DNA of 64,000 nt from Paraspadella gotoi (Eukaryota > Animalia > Chaetognatha), in NCBI GenBank assembly GCA_051294375.1, contig CM119266.1, forward strand, positions 20,966,840 through 21,030,839. Reading direction: 5' to 3'. This document shows, in pieces, positions 38,370 through 51,218 of this stretch (its first letter is position 1; every line of letters starts with the position of its first letter). Below the pieces are notes generated by a model that saw only the letters and a program-made list of their open reading frames with translations, was not told the origin of the DNA and made no database searches. A program made the translations under genes and the position numbers.

Positions 38370-41300
38370 TATTAAACAACAACGAAAAGAAAGAATTATC
38401 ACAATAATAATTCTAAAAGATTTTTAATTATACAATACAAAATAGAGGAGAGAAAGAGAAAATGAGATGAGGGATAGAAAAAAAAACTTTCTAAAAAAAA
38501 ATTTTCGTAGCGAAGGAAATTGAAAAGTTAAGGTGAAGTTGAATTTGACATTTGCATGGCACAAGAAGATGAAAACCACGAAAAAGGCAAAACTTGGTGA
38601 GGAATAAAAAAAGAGCCGGCAGGAAGGAGAGTGAGGCATAGNNNNNNNNNNNNNNNNNNNNNNNNNNNNNNNNNNNNNNNNNNNNNNNNNNNNNNNNNNN
38701 NNNNNNNNNNNNNNNNNNNNNNNNNNNNNNNNNNNNNNNNNNNNNNNNNNNNNNNNNNNNNNNNNNNNNNNNNNNNNNNNNNNNNNNNNNNNNNNNNNNN
38801 NNNNNNNNNNNNNNNNNNNNNNNNNNNNNNNNNNNNNNNNNNNNNNNNNNNNNNNNNNNNNNNNNNNNNNNNNNNNNNNNNNNNNNNNNNNNNNNNNNNN
38901 NNNNNNNNNNNNNNNNNNNNNNNNNNNNNNNNNNNNNNNNNNNNNNNNNNNNNNNNNNNNNNNNNNNNNNNNNNNNNNNNNNNNNNNNNNNNNNNNNNNN
39001 NNNNNNNNNGGAGGCCTCTAAAAAACAAGAGGGTGGCAGGGGAGGTGGACGAGGTGGAGAAGTGGGCGAAAAGGTATATGACAAGACTGACTATAATTGA
39101 GTTAAAAAACCGAATATAACTGAACAAGGTTGAAAGTTTCGTCGTTGCCAGCGCCATTTTAAAACGGGCGGAACCGGGAGTGACTTCTTGCCAAATGTCG
39201 ATATATATAAAAATACATCCGACCATTTTGCTCTCTCGGATGAAAAATAGGTTTGGCAATAAAGAAGAATAAGGAGAAGAATAAATAAATAGAGAAGAGA
39301 ATAAGAAATAAGGAAAATCAAATTAAAAAAAAAGCCCAAGGAGGTCGACAGCGACGCCGACCGCTGGCGCGCGGCATTTGAATTCTGGATCCCGCGGTCG
39401 CTCGCACCGATGGCGGAGTGGCAAAGGCGGCGGCGACGCGGTCGAACCCCCGGCGTCGCCCGGCGACCCCGCTGCGGAGATATTCCATTAAAAGTTCGCG
39501 ACTCGCCCATATTTTTTGGGGGTTTCGAGGAGGGGGGGGGGGTAGCGGGCGGTGGATGAGGTGGAAAGTGGGAGGGTAAGGAATAGGGTGGGGACTGAGA
39601 AGTAAGGAAGGTTGACGGCGACCAAAGCCCAGATTGGGTCATTTGGAAAACAGAAAATTTCCGATCTGTGTCGAGGTAATATTACTCACCTTCTCTTTCG
39701 AAAGAGGGATGTCTTCCTTAGAGTCCTTAAACACCCTCTCGTCCACATCTTTGTCGAGTTTCCTTCCACTTACCTTCCGCCCTCNNNNNNNNNNNNNNNN
39801 NNNNNNNNNNNNNNNNNNNNNNNNNNNNNNNNNNNNNNNNNNNNNNNNNNNNNNNNNNNNNNNNNNNNNNNNNNNNNNNNNNNNNNNNNNNNNNNNNNNN
39901 NNNNNNNNNNNNNNNNNNNNNNNNNNNNNNNNNNNNNNNNNNNNNNNNNNNNNNNNNNNNNNNNNNNNNNNNNNNNNNNNNTGCTGGACGCCGAATTAGG
40001 AAGCCGCCGCCTTCAGATTTATTTCCGGTCATTTCGTTGTGTCCGTCGTCGTCGTCGTCGTCGTCACCGTGGCCGTCGCCATATTAGAATTCCGCGTGCG
40101 CATGCGCCCTCTTTATGTTCCTCCGATTCAGCCAACGATAAAGATAACAAGAGCGACTCTTGTTTCCGACGCCATTCCAAATATCAGCTACAACCAAATT
40201 TGAGAAAAGGTCGAAAAAATAACTCGAATGACATTATGGACTTTTTTTGCGCTAACAATGNNNNNNNNNNNNNNNNNNNNNNNNNNNNNNNNNNNNNNNN
40301 NNNNNNNNNNNNNNNNNNNNNNNNNNNNNNNNNNNNNNNNNNNNNNNNNNNNNNNNNNNNNNNNNNNNNNNNNNNNNNNNNNNNNNNNNNNNNNNNNNNN
40401 NNNNNNNNNNNNNNNNNNNNNNNNNNNNNNNNNNNNNNNNNNNNNNNNNNNNNNNNNNNNNNNNNNNNNNNNNNNNNNNNNNNNNNNNNNNNNNNNNNNN
40501 NNNNNNNNNNNNNNNNNNNNNNNNNNNNNNNNNNNNNNNNNNNNNNNNNNNNNNNNNNNNNNNNNNNNNNNNNNNNNNNNNNNNNNNNNNNNNNNNNNNN
40601 NNNNNNNNNNNNNNNNNNNNNNNNNNNNNNNCTTGTCTTAAACCATAAATCTCCGTTCCTCCTTCGCTCTTTATTCCGCGTTCGCAGAATAGTAACGCAT
40701 AGAAGACGAGCCTGGAGCNNNNNNNNNNNNNNNNNNNNNNNNNNNNNNNNNNNNNNNNNNNNNNNNNNNNNNNNNNNNNNNNNNNNNNNNNNNNNNNNNN
40801 NNNNNNNNNNNNNNNNNNNNNNNNNNNNNNNNNNNNNNNNNNNNNNNNNNNNNNNNNNNNNNNNNNNNNNNNNNNNNNNNNNNNNNNNNNNNNNNNNNNN
40901 NNNNNNNNNNNNNNNNNNNNNNNNNNNNNNNNNNNNTCTTCTTCTTCCGAAAGAGAGGTTATAATTTTGGATTTTCTCGCTAGGAATCGCCGAGGAAACG
41001 AGAGAGAGAAACTTTCCCTTTTCTTCGCCATTTTCCTATGAGTCCGACGTTTCCTTTAACACCCTCACCCCCATGCGGCTGCCTCCGCCGCCGCNNNNNN
41101 NNNNNNNNNNNNNNNNNNNNNNNNNNNNNNNNNNNNNNNNNNNNNNNNNNNNNNNNNNNNNNNNNNNNNNNNNNNNNNNNNNNNNNNNNNNNNNNNNNNN
41201 NNNNNNNNNNNNNNNNNNNNNNNNNNNNNNNNNNNNNNNNNNNNNNNNNNNNNNNNNNNNNNNNNNNNNNNNNNNNCATTTTTAATTTCACCAAACTTCT

Positions 41301-41421
41301 CTTCTTTCTATCCTCCAGAAAATTCATCGAAATTTGATTTTAATGCAAGAGTATATCTTGAGAATAGAGAACCGTTTCTATGAAATTGGTGCAACCAATA
41401 TAAAAATTATCCATTTATTTC

Positions 41422-41554
41422 ATAAATAAGCTATCTTGCCCCTGACTTTGGACAGGCTTTGGAGGTTTAAGGCCTCCATCACTCTTACAAGATAAAGACA
41501 TAGCAGGTCCCTGCAAGCTTTCAATCAAGACTCTCTCACAACCTCGTTTATTCA
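41422..41554 (+). repeat. Short dispersed repeat family A (other copies at 11921-12017 +, 7044-7143 -, 8409-8435 - partial)
   Basis: Shared ataagctatctt...tttggacagg...cttacaagataa..acatagc...tttattca. 8409-8435 is an exact 27-bp reverse complement of 41422-41448. Confidence 0.7.
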
Positions 41555-41942
41555 CTCCCAGAGTATCCTAGTTTCCCTTTCAGTGAAGTGGCATAATATT
41601 TCAAAGAATGCTTCAATTGTATGAAAAGACCACTCCCGAACATGTACGTTCGGTCCGCGAACTCGAGAACTTCCCGTCCACGTCACCGATCGTCGTCTTC
41701 TTCGCCGCGGAAATGAAGGAATAGATAGAGACGGCATCCTTGGGCTTCGCGTCGCACGAGAGGGGGATAGAGATAGAGATAGAGCGAGAGAAGGAGCAGA
41801 GGGAGGTGAGGAGCTTGGGGGGTCGCAAATCAAGACTCTCTTCATCCATAAAAGATACATAACTCGCGATAAATCGAGGATTGAGTCGAAAGGAAAACGT
41901 CTCTCCAGACGATGGTGGCGGCTGCGGGGTTAAGTGGCGCAG

Positions 41943-42047
<105 letters not shown>

Positions 42048-42253
42048 GGAGATGATAATTTTATAAAGTGAGGAAAATAATGTGATTTTGAGTTTTTTTC
42101 CTGTAGCGGATGTTGGATCGCGGGATGATAAGGGGTGGACAAGAGGTAGAGCGGGGGGTTATATGGGGAAGGGAAGGGTGAATGGAAAGGGCCAGTGAGA
42201 AGGGAAGGACTCGGTGGGATGAGGTTGTTCGTTAATTTATCATCTCGCTTCGA

Positions 42254-42295
<42 letters not shown>

Positions 42296-42589
42296 GAATA
42301 TGAAGTTTTTTTAAACATCGAAATTCAAACTGAAAGTCAAACCCGACATCATTTAAATTCACTTTCGTTATTAACGATTATGGCGAAAAAAATAATGGCT
42401 CAGGATAAAAAAAAAAATAGAGGATTTAAAACCTTTTAAAAATTGATGTGAATAAACGTTTTTATGTTTTAAATACGAAAAATGAACTAAAAAATAAAAT
42501 CGGGTTATTTTTTCGGCGTTTTCAAAACCGTTTATTACGCTTCGCGGTCGTTATTATGGATGTTGCCTAATTTCCTGGGGGCCGGGGAA

Positions 42590-42639
<50 letters not shown>

Positions 42640-44537
42640 AAGATTGAATCATTAAAACGCGCGAAAGTTGTTTGGGTTTCGCGTCAAGAGAGAGAATGAA
42701 GAGGCTTTTTGAATTAAGCGGAAAAAAGTCGAGANNNNNNNNNNNNNNNNNNNNNNNNNNNNNNNNNNNNNNNNNNNNNNNNNNNNNNNNNNNNNNNNNN
42801 NNNNNNNNNNNNNNNNNNNNNNNNNNNNNNNNNNNNNNNNNNNNNNNNNNNNNNNNNNGAGAGAGAGAGAGAGAGAGAAATACATGAGGTGAGAGAATGA
42901 AGAATTAGGGAGAAGATAAAAGGAAGGAGAACCGAAAATCAGGTCACGTGAATGATAGTTTTGGAGTCACAAAAATCAAAATATCAGTTTGTACAATGTG
43001 GGGAAAATGTGGGGAAGATGTTCGAGGAAATGAAGAAGATCGAAGTCTAAGTGTGGGGTTCTTTGTGGTCGCGCGGCCTTGGAAAGGAAATCAGCCTTAC
43101 TCAGGGAAAGAGTAAAAACTGATTTGACCTAAATTCAATTAGACGAGATATGATTTTTGGAGGTGGAGGAGAGGAGGGGAAGGGAAGGGAAGGGNNNNNN
43201 NNNNNNNNNNNNNNNNNNNNNNNNNNNNNNNNNNNNNNNNNNNNNNNNNNNNNNNNNNNNNNNNNNNNNNNNNNNNNNNNNNNNNNNNNNNNNNNNNNNN
43301 NNNNNNNNNNNNNNNNNNNNNNNNNNNNNNNNNNNNNNNNNNNNNNNNNNNNNNNNNNNNNNNNNNNNNNNNNNNNNNNNNNNNNNNNNNNNNNNNNGAG
43401 AGAGAGAGAGGAATAACGAGGATTTGATTGCGTTAAAAAAGGGGGTTAATAGAGCCGACAAATGCGGGAACAATAATAAAAATATGGCCGAGATTGTAAA
43501 AGAATAATCAATCTGGAGGCTTCTCGTATTCGACTCGACTTTCAGTTTGAACTGTCGTCTTTCGATTTGTTAACAGTGTCGTCTCTTGTCTCTACTTTCC
43601 AACTAAACACAAAAACTCGTCGGGTGGTTTTAGCAAAATATATTTCGAGCTCTGTACAAAAAGAATTTCTTAGGTAAAAAAAGTTTTTTCTACCAAAAAA
43701 AAAAATTAGGAGAAAATTCTCGTGCAAATATTTGACGAAGGCAGAGAAGAAAGAAAAACAAGAAAAGCAGAAAGAAAAAAATTAAAAATTGAAAGTGAAG
43801 ACGAACTTAATAGATAGGTGTTGAAAGACAAAACGTATTATAAAAAGTAAAACTAAAAATAGAACTTGTTAACATTAAAACGAAACTGGGTACACAGGTA
43901 ATATATGAAAGCTATAGGAAACCAAGAAGAAGATAAACTAGTTGTGGACCTATGTAAATGTAAAGGTAAAAGAAATAAAAGGAAGAAAAGAGAATTGAAA
44001 AAAAGAAAAAGAAAGGAAAAGAAAGGAAAAGAGAGAAAAGAAAGAAAAAGAAAGAAAAAGAAAAGTTCCGCGTCGAGACGAAAGAAAGAAAAAAACCTGC
44101 AAATTCTTGGAGGATAAACAAGACGGATATGACTAAGAACGAAAAACATTCTCTCTCTCCCTTATCGATCTATCTCTACTCATCACCTGCTCTCTTATCC
44201 ATCTTATTTTGTAGTACTCATTATATATTATTCATTAAATAGTCTATTCTATATACTTTACATGGAATCACTACATCCAATTAGGTTGGGCTCCGTAGAC
44301 TGTTTAGGTAAGAGGTCATAAAAGACCGAGAAAAACCTTTAAAAATTAAAAAAGTCATTATAAAAACAAAATATATACAATAAAATTTGAGGACGATTTA
44401 GGTGATTTTCAACTCAATTTTTGACATATTAAAAATTTCACCGAAACAAGACGAGTCAAAGTAATAAGACAACACAAAGGTGTGTTTCGTTGCGAGTCGT
44501 GTCATTCTCCGGTTCTCCGCGTTAAGAAGCGCTCTCG

Positions 44538-44569
<32 letters not shown>

Positions 44570-44950
44570 CGGCTAAGGATCAGAGTCAATTGATGCTGTG
44601 ACCCAGAAACAAGAAACCGGGAAGTCTTCCGGGATCTAAAAACAGTCGATCCGCGTTCCTTTCTTTTCCATTTTCTATATTAAGAGTTTGATTTGAATAA
44701 ACCTACATATAATATATAACCACATAAAGCGAAAGATTAGCCAAGGAATATCAGACCATCTTCGTTCTTCACGGTTTGGGATATCTATACCGCTTTTTAA
44801 TGTACGTATACACTATTCTAAAGTATTAATATAAAAATAAGTAACTTTGCTTAGTTCTTTCTGATATGATCAAATATGAAGACCACGAAAAGGTCGTTTT
44901 TGAACATCTGCTCTTGACGCGTGTCCATTGTGCGTTGTTTAGGTGCGAAT

Positions 44951-45010
<60 letters not shown>
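44951..45010. repeat. (GTC)n/(GAC)n microsatellite
   Basis: Perfect trinucleotide run. Many others, e.g. about 34483-34512, 42255-42293, 42590-42638, 45879-45933, 47418-47472, 48749-48788, 54508-54562, concentrated in the spalt intronic region. Confidence 0.97.
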
Positions 45011-45012
<2 letters not shown>

Positions 45013-45092
45013 TATTTTCAATGATTCCTGTTGTCTTCCATCGCAATCCCATTTTCCATGCCACTTCGTCTCTCTTCCCACCCAATCGTCAC

Positions 45093-45128
<36 letters not shown>

Positions 45129-45876
45129 TTTCCATCCATAACATTTTTTTTCATTCATTCATCGTTGAATTCGATTCCATTGATTCACAGAAAGAAAAAA
45201 AAAAAGAATCCGCTAAACATATGGAATTCGTTTCGTTTGTCCCGCTTGACGACGAAAAGACGCCCTTGACGACGGAGAATTACGACTCCAGAAGCGACGT
45301 CAGTGCGAGCAACGGAAATAGCCGATCCATGCTTTATCTCGAATCTAATTTGCAATTTTGGCATAAATACTTTATTCAGTCATTCGAATTCCTCTTTAAA
45401 TCCAAATACCAAATAACCTTGAGCGATGAGCAAGGAACTTTCAAAACTTTCAAGCTTTCCTTCAAAACGTCGGCGTCGTTTTGTGTCATTAATGTCATTA
45501 ATGTCATTTATGTCATTAGCGAAGGGAAAAAAAAATCTGGAAAAAAACTTAACAAAAGGAAATTCCAAAAAAATATATTTTTTTCTTTTTTTTTCCTTTC
45601 CTCTGAAAACCATTTCTATTTTTGCCCAAAAAAGGCTGGAAATGAGCCAAAGCGGCCGTCAGTTCGCGCTCGTCATCGTCGTCGTCGTCGTCGTCGTTGT
45701 GGATGACGCCGCGTCGACGGCGTTTCCATGACGTCGTCGTCGTCGTCATCGTCGTCGTCTCCCTTTTATTTGTTTGTTTGCTGCCGAGAAATTTTTCCTC
45801 ATTTCATTTCGTTTCATTTCCCTTCATTTTCCTCTGAATCCCACGAATTCGAAATGATTTCTTCCTCAATCGTCCT

Positions 45877-45926
<50 letters not shown>

Positions 45927-46500
45927 GTCGTCGTTCGTATGCGATTCCATCTGTCGTTCCTTAGTCGTCATCAAAATTCTGTATAATTCTAAATCCAATA
46001 CAGAATATAAAAATGTAATAAGTACAGATTACATTTACTGCGATTTTATTAAGGCAGTGACCAGGATCTTCCTCACATTTGTGACTTTTATTTCCCGAGG
46101 TGACTTTTTCGGTTGTAGTGTCAAAAGAGTCAATATTCGAGAATCGAGATCAAAAAATTCGGTTCAAAACCTTTTTTTTTAACAAATTCTTTTGGCGAAG
46201 AAACCGAAAGTTTTCGCGTCCGAATTCTAATTCCTTTTTTCCCTCAAATTTACAAAATATTTGAAAATTTTTATTTTTTGTTTTTACATTGGGCGGGCCT
46301 GTCGGGCGGAGTGACAAGACCGGGCGGCGGTCGGCGGGACGGCGGGTAGCGGGGCGGCGGGCTAAGGTGTCATCGGTCAAAGCCAAGGCTGCACCGACCG
46401 AGAGGCTTAAATGGCGGCACGAGTATTTCCTTCGATCGCGCTCGAAAGCTCCTTCGAGATTTATAGAGGTGCGAGAGAGAGAAGAGAGAGAGAGAGAAGA

Positions 46501-46563
<63 letters not shown>

Positions 46564-46781
46564 TAAGGAATATCCGGATTTAATTCGGTCACCATTCGCG
46601 ATTATTTCACCTACTCCCATCCTCTCCCTCTCTCCCTCTCACTCTCTCTCTCTAGCTCTTTTCCTCTTTCCCCTTTATTTATTTTTGGCGACGGCGATGG
46701 TCGTTTCGTCGCCTTGTTTTTGTTATTGTTTATTTCTTCCTTGTTGTCGTCGTCGTCGTCGTCCCATAGTCGTTGTTACGG

Positions 46782-46872
46782 ATTTCATTCGCGACCCGGA
46801 TGTAATACCAATTTCGTTGGAAACCCGGATGTAATAGCAATTTCGTTGGCGACCCGGATGTAATGGCGATTT
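46782..46872. repeat. 29-bp minisatellite, three units
   Basis: Unit atttcgttggcgacccggatgtaatagca repeated head to tail with few mismatches. Confidence 0.8.
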
Positions 46873-47209
46873 TCTTTTATTGTTATGGTTTTGATTTTCG
46901 CCCAAAAATGGAGAGAGAGAGAAAATGTCTTCGCGGACCAAAACAACGTAACGACGCGAGGGAGAAAAAGAGGAAAGAGAAGAATGAATTGGGAGAAAGA
47001 AGGACATTGGAGATTGAAATAAAAAGTCAGGGGCCGTATTGATTATTTAATTAATGAATGGATAATTTTTATATTGCTTGTACCATTTTCATAAAAGGTA
47101 AAAATTTAAATAGAGAAGGGTCAGAAAATTAGGATTTTTTTTCTCTCCCCGCTGCCGGTAAAAAAAAAAGGTCCAACAACCTTTGTTCCTCGAATTTTGA
47201 TTATTCTCA

Positions 47210-47267
<58 letters not shown>

Positions 47268-47413
47268 CAGCCTTCGATTTGGCGACTTTTATTCCCATTG
47301 TCATTCATTTATTTCCCTTTTGTCTTTATTTTTTTTCAGGGTTTTAGCGTCGGCGGACGAATGGGCGTCACAACCGATTCCTCACATTTGATTTCAATGT
47401 ATCATCTCATCAC

Positions 47414-47474
<61 letters not shown>

Positions 47475-48159
47475 GATGGAAAGCATGAGAACAGTATTTC
47501 AAAAAAGTCGGAGAATAAAATTGGCAACCGAATTTCCTCATTATTTGTATAAAATAGAAACGTTTGATGAAAGCATAATGAATAGATAATAATAAAATAT
47601 GTAAAGAATCAGTCGACAGAAAGTCATCCATTATTCTTTTAAATCTTCTTTCCATCATTTTCATCCCCCACCCAAAAAAAAATCCCCAAAAATTCACCCA
47701 AACAAAAATTCATCCCATTGTTTCCTTGTTTTTTTCCGCATTGTCTCCACCCTGCTCCCTCCACCACCGCCTACCCCCCCCTCCGTTCTCTCATTAAATT
47801 CTTATCTTTTTCTTCTTCATTATTTCTCTTCATTATCATTTCTATGGGCGGAATCCGTCTGTCCCTTCTTCGCCCAAAATTTAGGCGCCTCGGATCGACG
47901 GATTTGGAGAAGAAAGAAAGAAAGAGAAAAAGGAAAAACAATGAAAAAATGAAAAAGAAAACTCGTGATCTCAGAATCGGTGAATCCTTTTGTGCCGCAA
48001 ATCAGTTTTTCATTAGTTTTCATTCGTTTCTCTTTCTTTTTTTCTTTTTCTTTGTTTTTTTTTATTTCATTGTTTCGACCTCAGCCATAAAATCTTTTGT
48101 TTCTGGTGACGGCCTATTGTTCTTTTGGTCCATACGGTCGCGTCCTTAGAAAGAAAGAA

Positions 48160-48247
<88 letters not shown>

Positions 48248-48414
48248 AAAACAATGCGAAGCTAATCACCGACAAACGATCAATATCCTTCAGTCGCAAA
48301 GATAAGGAAATTTCAAATTCCCCCCGAAAATTCCCTCCCGCTCCCACAGTGCGCATCGCACAGTGACATCGCGGACGAAACGAATCGCGAGAGTCAGGGT
48401 CGACCACATCGCTT

Positions 48415-48720
48415 TTTCGATCGCCGGGTTTTATTTTCCAAGAACGCCAAATTTTGTCGTAAATTCGGATAAGGATTAATATTAAGGATTAAGTTCATGA
48501 TTAAGGTTAGGGATTTCGATTAAGGACGAATAGAGTTAAATAGGGTTAAAAATCAGGGATAAAGGTTTAGGGTTAAAGATTAGTTTATAAGTTTACTAAT
48601 ATATTTAAAATTATTATTAAAATAAAAATTAAATTCTGGGATAAAAGAACCAAACTGGGACACTCTCGGAAAAGAGAGCCGATCGCCCTTCATATCTTCG
48701 GGGAAAGATAAAACCGCTTT
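48415..48720 (+). repeat. Short dispersed repeat family B with degenerate TTAGGG-like interior and a 3' hairpin (second copy at about 6065-6205)
   Basis: Both copies share ttatttt...gaacgcc.aatttt...ggattaat and the hairpin cactctcggaa.agagagcc (6182-6202; 48661-48680). Confidence 0.55.
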
Positions 48721-48747
48721 CGATCGATTTTTCAGTCGACGTTGTGA

Positions 48748-48790
<43 letters not shown>

Positions 48791-49269
48791 GTCCGAGTCT
48801 CGACTGCGAATCTTCGTTGTCCTTAAATATTTTATAAGAAATTTGCCGTGAATCTTGTGATTGTGATAAAAGAGGAGAAGGGATGGAGGTGTATAGATCG
48901 GGTAGGAAGGGGGCAGAGGGGCGGGGGGTGATGTGACTTTAAATTCAAAGGGGGAGACAGGAAAGGAAAAATGGGGGAAGGGAGAAAATTGTGAGGGATA
49001 CTGGGAAAGAAAGAAAGAGAGAAAGAAAGAGAGAAAGAAAGAAAGAAAGAAAGAGAGAAAGAAAGAAAGAGAAAATAAAAGGAGAGAGAAAGTCTCGGGG
49101 AGCTTGAGATATGACCTCAGGGGAAAAAAAATGCGTTGGTCGATTTTGAAGCATGAGGTTAATACGAGGAGGAAGAGCAAAGAGGAAGAGGAAGAAGACA
49201 GAAGGAAGAGAAGCGTCGAAGGACGAGAGATGAATTTGTTGACGATCTGTCTTTCTTGCATATTTCATA

Positions 49270-49304
<35 letters not shown>

Positions 49305-50325
49305 TGAATGGAAGAGGAACACCACGGTTCCATTGTTGTTGGGTGGAATTCGGGAGAGGGGGGCGAGTTTGGGGTGACTGGTGAGTTAGGGGTAGGATTA
49401 TCGGGTGGGGGAAAGCGGATGCATTTTGGGGTTACAGGTCGAGGACCGCGTCGTTGAACGAAAGTAGGGGGAAATATCGAGGGAGAGAGAAAGGAAAGGA
49501 AAGGAAAGGAAAGGAAATGAGAGAAAGGGAAAAGGAAAAAGATAAAAAAAAGGAAAGAGAATAAGGACAGGGTTAGAGGAAAAAAAAGTAGAAAGGGATG
49601 GGACCAAGAAATGAAAGAGCAGCGAGACTCGGCAATGGGTCTTCGTTACTCGTTCCTCTACTTGTCAATAAAATTGTCCTCTAAAGTTTTGACGAATGCG
49701 TCTTGGATGAGAGAAGAAGACATTTTCGAGAAGAGACGGAGAGAGGAGGATGAGGAAGAAGAAGAGGAAGAAGAAGAGGAAGAGAGAGAGGAAGGGATAA
49801 AGGAAAGGAGGAAGAAGAGGAAGAAAATGAGGAAAAGAAGAAAAATAGGAAGAGAAAAAGGAAGGAATGAAGGAAATGAAGGGGAAAAAAGGAAAGAAAC
49901 AAAAGGAAAAAAATGATTGATGACAAAAAAATTTGAGATTTCGATTTCGATTTCCAAGAAGAGGGCCGAGGAATGATGTCGGTGTCCCGTTATTAGATCA
50001 GTTTTATCTTCGTCTCAGTCTTTTTCCACTCCACCTACCCTACCACCCTTACCCTGCCACCCTACTACCCTGTCTCTCCTCATCTTCATCATCCCACGCG
50101 CGAAAAAAAATGGACGTCGACGAATTTGTCGTCGATTTGTTCCGCGACGTCGAAAGGATTTACGATTCCTTTCCCCCTCCTCTTCTCTTTTCTGTTCCTA
50201 ACACTTTTCTCCTTCCCTTTCTCCCCCCTTGCCCCCCCCCTCCTCATCTCGTTCCGCCTTCGTTGCATATTTTCATATCTGTTCCCCCGTGGATCCGCAA
50301 ATCGGTCCACGAAAAAACCCGCGGC

Positions 50326-50357
<32 letters not shown>

Positions 50358-51148
50358 CCACCCACCGCCTCTCCCTCTCTTTATCTCTCTAAGAGGCGCC
50401 TATCGCGGCCCGAGCAATTTATCATATTTTCACGGGGGCCATTTTTGTCGCCGCGCGGGTCCGCGACGAAAAAGCCTTTTCGAAGCCTCCGCGGGACCTT
50501 TTTTTAAAGGGGGGGTGGGATGGGGGGGGGAGAAGTCCTTTGGCGGTTCTCTCTTTATCTCCCCTAAAAAAGTGAAAGAGACGAACTCTAAATAATGCAA
50601 CAATTAACGTTAATAATAAACGAACCAGAATTTCTAAATTAGACGTCGTTTATCTTACTTTTTTTTTTATGACAAAAGTAGCACGAGAAAAAGAGTTGGA
50701 TCGAGCGTCAAAACCGAATGACGAACCGAACGTCAAATGTGTCAAATCAAATGACAATCGCAACAAAATATTTGACAATTAAAGGGAGAAATCGGGAGCA
50801 AAGAAAGAAACAAAAAAACAATAAAAAAAACTGAGGGGTCGGTAACCATTGATCAAAAAATGAAAATTTATTCGAGGAAATAGCGTCGTTAAGCGGGGAG
50901 GGCGATATTCTGGTTCCTTACCTTCTTGAATCCTTACTTTTCGAGCGGACCCAAAATGTCAAACTCCGCCTCAGACACACACAAAAAAAGGCGGAGCTCG
51001 TGGATCGAAGGCAACGACAATCGACGCTAATATGCAAATCATATTCATATCACGAAAGCGAATGATAAGCATCGGAGAGGAAGAGAAAATGGCTCTAAAA
51101 GGAAAAGACGGGAACCCGTCAATGCGATGCTGTCATACCCCATTACGC

Positions 51149-51218
<70 letters not shown>

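Noticed and set aside
46782-46872. CRISPR-like repeat
   Set aside because: Units are contiguous with no unique spacers, there are no cas genes, and the context is eukaryotic; it is a minisatellite.
50919-50975. Possible extra spalt exon suggested by minus-strand GTAAG donors
   Set aside because: No convincing acceptor and no spalt-like peptide.
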